DNA of 57,365 nt from Octopus bimaculoides (taxonomy: Eukaryota). The notes under the pieces were generated by a model, which worked only from the letters and a program-made list of their open reading frames with translations, was not told the origin of the DNA and made no database searches. Positions 50,741 to 57,365 of this stretch are shown one piece after another. The stretch covers positions 24,752,080-24,809,444 of the forward strand of contig NC_068984.1 in NCBI RefSeq assembly GCF_001194135.2, read 5' to 3'. The position numbers were made by a program, and so were the translations under genes. The stretch's first letter is position 1. The number at the start of each line of letters is the position of its first letter.

Positions 50741-52164
50741 AATCTATTTTATATATATGTGTGTGTGTGTAGTATATCCTCTCCTGTTCAGTTGTATTAG
50801 GTGAGCTTGCAGATTGTGTCGTGAATAAACGCATCTTTTTTTCCTGTTCATCATTATGAATGCAATTCTTTTATATAACAAAGAATTTTCTTCAGCACTT
50901 AGGTTGATAAAATACGTATCGATCAAGTGATTGAATCAATTCAATCAGCTATGCCTCTTCTCAAATTGTATGATTTTGGAACTATGTGAGAAACACAGCC
51001 CTTTACGTTCTACTGCCGCAGTTAACTTTGCCTTTCGTTCTCACACGGTTAACCCTCATACACATAAAATTCCATTCATTATAGACCTCTATTTTTATTT
51101 TTCAATTAACGTTTAGATACTTTCACTTTTTCACGTCGCTCCAACTCAACTCTTTCTTTTCTGTTTCTCACAAAATTGCATATTTTTCACATTTTCGACC
51201 ATTTGAATTAAGTTATTGTAAAAATAAATAAAAGTTTGTAAAAAAAATCAATCCTGCAAAAGTTTGACATTTTAATTGGATAATCACAACACGTTCATTT
51301 TTAAACAGGCCATTAGGTTTAAGCTGATCATTAAATCAGTTGTTTTCTGCCAATGAAGCAAACCTATCATTTTGTGCAATCTGATATTGATAAGCGATCA
51401 TATATATAAAATGATAAGCAATCAAATGAAATTTATAGCCAAATCTTTATTGCAAAATACAATAAATTTATTGCAAAATTCAATAAATTCAATAAATTTA
51501 CACAAAATATATTTCATTTTTACAATGCTAAATCATATACAACATGATTTCGTCAGTATATCTGCTTATCAACATTTCTCACTTTCAATGTTTAAAGGAT
51601 ATATATATAAATACATAGACATACTTACATACATATATACACACATATACACGCATCTAAGGATATAACATTTATTTTCAGGAAATCAAACAGCACTAAA
51701 TGTGTAATACGAAACTTCTCAGAACACATTGTTACTGGTTGTCAGATGTTTCTAGATGTCTATGGTCACGTGATGTCTTCATCAGCGAGGCTATAAAATA
51801 ATCACTGTAGCACGCAAAACCTTATGCCTTCTAATATTCCTAATAACAAAATATAAAATACATTCAATTTTCTATGAAAAGAAAAACAACTTTGCAACAC
51901 TGATGGAATCTCCAAAATCCATGCTAAAATCAATAATCTAAAAATCATTGTAATAATTATATGGATAAACATTTTATTGAGAATACTTTTGTGTAAATCC
52001 TTAAGATTCAGAGCGATATCATTTACAACATATAAGTACATCTCACACACAGAGATAGTTGAAAATATGACGTACGAATACTATAATACCTCATTTTCCG
52101 TAAGTTAATGATAAATTCTTTTATTAACAATGATATTTGTGAGTCTAGCATTCGTACAAAGGTT

Positions 52165-52457
52165 TTGGTGCAATAAATTGAAGGTTTTTGTTTAGGGTAA
52201 TTCCGGAAGCGCGTTGTGTTCTCGAGCAAGATACTATTTCATGTTGCTTCGGTTCACACAGTTGGCAAAAATTAGTAGTACCTGTAAATCAAAGGGCAAG
52301 CCTTTTTACATTCTATGTCGCGCCGAATCTCCTTAACAACTATGTTAAGGGTACGTGTGTCTGTGGAGTGCTCAGCCACTTGCGCATTAATTTCACGAAC
52401 AGGCTGTTCCATTCGTCGGATCAACAGGAACCCTGGTCTTCGTAATTGACGGAGTGT
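52165..52457 (+). mobile_element. Chimeric SINE: family-E-like CORE block plus family-C 3' half
   Basis: GTGTTCTCGAGCAAGATACTATTTCATGTTGC..CAGTTGGCAAAAAT matches 39300-39365; GTGTCTGTGGAGTGCTCAGCCACTTGC...GGATCAAC.GGAACCCT matches the 17290-17400 reverse complement. Confidence 0.78.
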
Positions 52458-53124
52458 TAGTTGATTATAGATATGTCGGTAGTAATAAGTACTTTACCGA
52501 TTCTCTGTTCTTTACAATTTACGTAAAGTGTAACACAAACGATTCCCTTTGCAAGACGTTGTCAAAGTCATCACTTGAACGTAAACTTCTTCGAGCATTT
52601 AACAGCCAGGGATAGAACACATTATATATTCATGTGGCTTGATTTTATTTTCAAGTGCCTCTTATTAGGTGTGCTCATACATCATTGTATTTATATAATA
52701 TCACTCAAAATCTGCTTCTGTTCACTTTTACTGAGCCCTCCAATAAATCGGTCTGTAAACCATGAATATTTAGATACTTCTATGAAATATTGCTCCTGCT
52801 TTGTGTGTGTGTGTGTCCACACAGTATCAAGATATGATATAATATGTATGCAACATATAGTATAATTATAAACAGGGCAGATTTTAGCCATTTCTCCGGA
52901 GAATGAAAAAATGAACAACCTTAATTGATTTTTGAATCTTATTGGGTTCTCGTCCGAAACAACTACATCATTCTGACAGTCTCCAGACAAACAGGCACTT
53001 AAACTGTTTACATACTCAACAAATGCAGCAGGAATCCATAATTTGCATAACGAAAGTGTTTAACACTCCATAAATACCAGCGGCCTGTCAATGGAATCTT
53101 AGTCCATACAGTTTGAAAGTATTA

Positions 53125-53189
53125 TATAATATATATATATAAATATATATATATACACGAACATATATATACTTGTAGACACACACACA

Positions 53190-53253
<64 letters not shown>

Positions 53254-53454
53254 TATATATATATATATACACGTATACATAAATATATACGTATACATAT
53301 ATATATACGTATACATATATATATATGTATATATATATGTATACACAAACATATATATAATTGTATACACACACACACACACGCATATATACGTATACAT
53401 ATATATATATATGTATATATATGTATACATATAGGCATAAAAATATATATAGAC

Positions 53455-53490
<36 letters not shown>
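53125..53490. repeat. Compound (TA)n/(CA)n/(GCAC)n microsatellite
   Basis: Direct reading. Confidence 0.95.
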
Positions 53491-53491
<1 letters not shown>

Positions 53492-53494
53492 CGT

Positions 53495-54714
53495 AAACTT
53501 AGATATTTATCGACCAAAGATTGGTCCAGGCCCTGTCTAACTTAATAGCACCACCCGATAGGATTATCTAAATCCTTTTTACAGTGAAGTTTCGCCCATG
53601 GTCCATTCAAGTAGTGAGTTCTTATTGAGTGAGTTGTATCCAGGTATGGGTGGCTTGTCTGGTATTCCTTGAAGAAATCTGTCTAGACTTCGTTTACAGC
53701 CGATAAGATCCTTTTCCTCTTTTATCTGTTTCGGGACAATGTTAAACAGGGCAGAGCCTGTTGAGGAAAAGAAATTATGCCGCAGTGTACCTATATGTTG
53801 TGATCCTGAATTGGGCAGGGGACGTATGGCCCATGGTCCCAGCCTTGGATGAACCTTGAAATTAATGTTCAGGTCGTTTGGGCAATGCTGGTGGTATATT
53901 TTCCACATCGTACAGATGATGTACCGCTCGTGGCGGCGCTGGAGAGAGTAGAGCTTCAAGGCTTTAAGGCGGTCCCTGTAATCAAGATCAGTCATGCCTT
54001 CAATTCGTTTAGTGAGTGCCCTCTGGGGTGATTCAATCCTCGAGATGTTTTGTTTTGTATGAGGAGACCACAGGGGGCAACAGTATTCGAGGTGTGGCCG
54101 TACAAAGGAGGAGAAAAGTGGAATGATGACACCTTGTTCTCTGGACCGGAAGGTTCTTAAGATCTAGGAGCTCATCCTACGAGCTATATTGACCTTATTG
54201 TTGATGTGAGAACTCCAATTGAGATTGTTGTCAACAGTTACACCCAAATTTCTGATATTATCGGATGCGGTGAGCGGTTCCCCTGAAAGAAGAGAGTATG
54301 GCTGTTTTAGTATAGACTTTCTTCCAAAATGCATCAGCTCAGATTTTCCCTCATTCACTTTCATTTTATTTTTATCTGCCCATTGACTCACAGCATATAG
54401 ACCAGACTGGAGTTGGGTTCGGTCTTCTTCTTCATTGATGATTTGCTGGAGCTTAGTGTCACCAGCAAATATTTTCACTTTGCAGTGATTTACGACGCTG
54501 GAAAGGTCATTTATATAAATTATAAAGAGGAGTGGGCCCAAGACAGTCCCCTGAGGGACACCACTGGTGACTTTTGCTGGGCTTGAGTGGACTCCATCGA
54601 CCGCAACTTTTTGTGTTCTATTCTCCAGGAAATACTTAATCCAGTGTAAAAGTTTTCCACGGATTCCAACATTTGCCAATTTTGTGAGTAAGATATTATA
54701 GTCAACCCTGTCGA
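53495..54714 (-). mobile_element. CR1-like LINE, 3' half of ORF2 (RT) plus 3' UTR, pseudogenised
   Basis: FDRVDY..GVPQGTVLGPLLFIIYINDL..IFAGDTKL (YADD motif mutated), YRDRLKALKLYSLQRR, LFNIVPKQI..LDRFL..IPDKP; stop at 54164 and frameshifts. Confidence 0.93.
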
Positions 54715-55885
54715 ACTTCCATAAGGCAAACTGGAAACAAATTGAGAAAGAGATCCTCAAACAAAACTGGCCTAAATGTCTCTCCTCACTGGACATCGAC
54801 ATGAAACTTCAACAATTCATGTCTGTAATGCAAGCCATATGCTACAAATGTGTCCCGGAGAGAGAAGCCACTGTACACAAGAACAAAATCCCCAGGGAGA
54901 GGAAAATTCATATGTGACGGCGTACAAAAGTTTCAAATCGCTTAAACAAACAAATTGAAAGCAGTGAAAAGTTCCGTCTGAGAATATAACTGCTGGAGAT
55001 TGAAAAAAATCTGCAACTCTCCCACGAAAAAGAAAGAGCAGACGGAGAAGCCTGGGCTATAGACAATATAATATCTAACTCCAGAACTTTCTACAAGTTT
55101 GCCAAAGAAATAGCTTCAGTGCACTGCAGGATAGGGCCACTCCTCGGAAAAGATGGTACACTCACAGGAAACCCAATGAGGATAAGTGAAATATTAAATG
55201 AGCAATTCAAAAGTGTTTTCACTCCACCCCTAGGACACTTGCAAATCAGCAATCCAACTGACTTTTTTGCCACTGCAGATATAAAAACAGAGGCAGTGAT
55301 GATCGATACATCAATATTAAGGAAGACGATGTAGTAAAGGCTATAGATGAAATGAACCCAAACTCAGCTACTGGCCCTGATGGACTCCCAGCAATCCTAA
55401 AAGCATGTAAGCGAGTCTTAGTAAGACCACTCCAATTCCTCTTTCAGAGATTCCTTGCAACTAGCAAACTTCCAAGAAAACTGAAGGAGGGTAAAATATG
55501 CCCTATTCATAAAGGAAGTAGCAGAGCAGAGGCCAAGAACTACAGACCTATCTCTCTGACCTCGCACATCAGCAAGGTCATCGAACGAATAGTCAGGAGA
55601 AAACTAATCGCCTTCCTTGAAGAAAATGACTTGCTGCCTGACACCCAACATAGTTTCCGACCAGGAAAAAGCTGCCTGACTTAGCTCTTACATACAACAC
55701 TATGACTGGGTGCTGAAACAGCTGATCAACCACTCAAAGGTGGAAGTAATATATCTGGACTTTGCAAAGGCCTTTGATAAAGTCGATCATGAAATGATTG
55801 ATATGTCACAAACTGCGTGATCTCGGCATTGTTGGAAAATTGGGAGAATAGCTTCATGGCTTTCTGAAATATAGAAGTTAGGCGG
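54712..55885 (+). mobile_element. CR1-like LINE, linker plus RT N-terminal part (different family), pseudogenised
   Basis: NFHKANWKQI, ISEILNEQFKSVF, NSATGPDG, KNYRPISLTSHISKVIERIV, QHSFRPGKSCLT, IYLDFAKAFDKVDH. Confidence 0.93.
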
Positions 55886-56087
55886 TAGTAGCCAATATTA
55901 TACACATCATGTATAACACACATTCCCATTTTCTTTACAACCACCCGAGTAACCTAGGACTTATGAAAGGAAAGCTATGAAACAAAGGTTAACTACAAGT
56001 CCGAAAACCAGCATAGATGTTTAGGACAAACTTATGAAAACGATTTCCATAGGTGAAAGGACTAGTCAATTACACCAAACATAGGTG

Positions 56088-56230
56088 AAAGGACTAGTCA
56101 ATTACACCAAACTCAGTATTTGATTGGTACTTTATTTTATCGACTGCAAAGGAATGAAAGGCAAAGTTGACTGCAACAATATTTGTACTCAGAATGTAAG
56201 GAACCGGAAAAAATAAGGCAAGGCATTTTA
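56088..56230 (-). mobile_element. SINE family A, degenerate copy, with a 32-bp tandem duplication at 56049-56112
   Basis: CAGTATTTGATTGGTACTTTATTTTATCGACTGCAAAGGAATGAAAGGCAAAGTTGAC core. Confidence 0.7.
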
Positions 56231-57365
56231 CATCACGAAATTGTAATACGAACATTCCATTCTCTGGTTTAAATAAAGATGGCTTTCATTAATCGCTGTT
56301 GTTCGTAATTTAAAATCCTGCCATCATAATTATATGCGTGGATTTACTGAAATGAGTTAAAACTTTAAACAATGACACAGATTAAGTTAGTTCCATAAAA
56401 ATGAAAATACAATATTGTACTTTTAGCCAAGCTTATCAGCATATTGGTAATTCTTTTCATATTCAATAAGTGTTTAACTTCTTGCCTCTCTACATGCCTC
56501 AGATATGATTACAAAACGATTCACTATTCATTCAGAGATGGATGTTTTATCTAGATTCCGGCATGTTGGGTCAATGAAGGAAGAAGACTGTGGCGATGGC
56601 AGTAGTATTTGCCGTCATCTAATTATAGTCCCATCTTTTACAAAAATCCAACAGCAGGTTAAAACTAATATAATCACTAATAATGGGAGGAGACAGAAGG
56701 AAATTAACTTCCGACCAGAAGAAAAATTAAGAATAGATACATTTATTTTCTTAAGAATGATACTATTTAATTAAAATAAACATATATGTTTTCTTCCAAC
56801 AATTTCATGCGGTTCACCGTCTTTTTATAAAATGAAACGCAAGTCGTATGTGTGTGAGACTGCCTTCCAAAATACATGTGTACACACATTTTTTCATTTA
56901 ACTTTCATATATTAATATACGCCCCTATAGCTTACTCTCGCCCCCACAATGCAAGCCCACGCACATACATACGCACGCGCACTAAGATGCATACGCGTAC
57001 ATACAGACACTCAGTTGCACAGATGTGTGTGTGTATGTACAGATACATGCATGTTTTATTCAAAAAGGTGTAACTAATAATACATATTTTCAATTCAAAA
57101 GAACCCGCCAAAGAAGCCTTTTAGCAATTAAAGATAAAGATATATATATATATATATATATAAAATATACAAGAAATGAGGGCAGGGAATCGTCAATTAA
57201 TAATAGAATTAACAATTAACAATTTTGCCAAGTAGTTCAGTATGAAAAAAACCTTTATCGGTAAGACCATTTATCATCATAAATATAAGGGATTAGCAAT
57301 TGAGTTGCTTCTCCAACATACTGAAAATTTAGAAATAGCAGTCAAAGAACTACTGATTCTAACCT

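Noticed and set aside
51049-51321. piggyBac-like TTAACCCT end (also 24973)
   Set aside because: The matching inverted end is too weak
56599-56619. DDGKYYC (Ig D-x-G-x-Y-x-C-like) on minus
   Set aside because: The frame closes after 16 more residues, with no Ig context or good splice sites
1-57365. CRISPR-like array or prokaryotic operon/defence system
   Set aside because: No regularly spaced repeat-spacer array and no dense intact ORFs; the DNA is eukaryotic repeat-rich sequence

Overview
This is AT-rich, microsatellite-dense animal genomic DNA with eight N gaps, most of them at (TA)n/(GA)n/(GT)n tracts. The SINE families resemble those I know from coleoid cephalopods, most likely Octopus; this is inferred from repeat recognition, not from a search. 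No intact protein-coding gene, tRNA, rRNA or CRISPR array is supported, and nearly all ORF-track entries are gap, microsatellite or transposon artefacts. The window is a transposon graveyard. It holds about 13 copies of a ~210-bp tRNA-derived Nin/Deu-domain-type SINE, CORE-type SINEs and an unnamed (AAC)n-tailed repeat. It also holds five mariner relics, a pogo-type MITE, a Helitron with both termini, and CR1/Jockey-, RTE-, R4/Dong-, Hero- and Penelope-like fragments. Most notable: (1) two old, inverted mariner copies ~19.5 kb apart share a sharply bounded ~400-bp tract at ~98% identity, including disabling lesions, which suggests ectopic gene conversion and a possible long dsRNA; (2) a degenerate minimal hammerhead-ribozyme fold lies in a Penelope-like terminus; (3) a CR1-like LINE 3' end shares its tail with a SINE family and interrupts another SINE; (4) two CR1-like halves are fused in twin-priming geometry but come from different families. 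A few weak + strand candidate exons may belong to a large-intron host gene.
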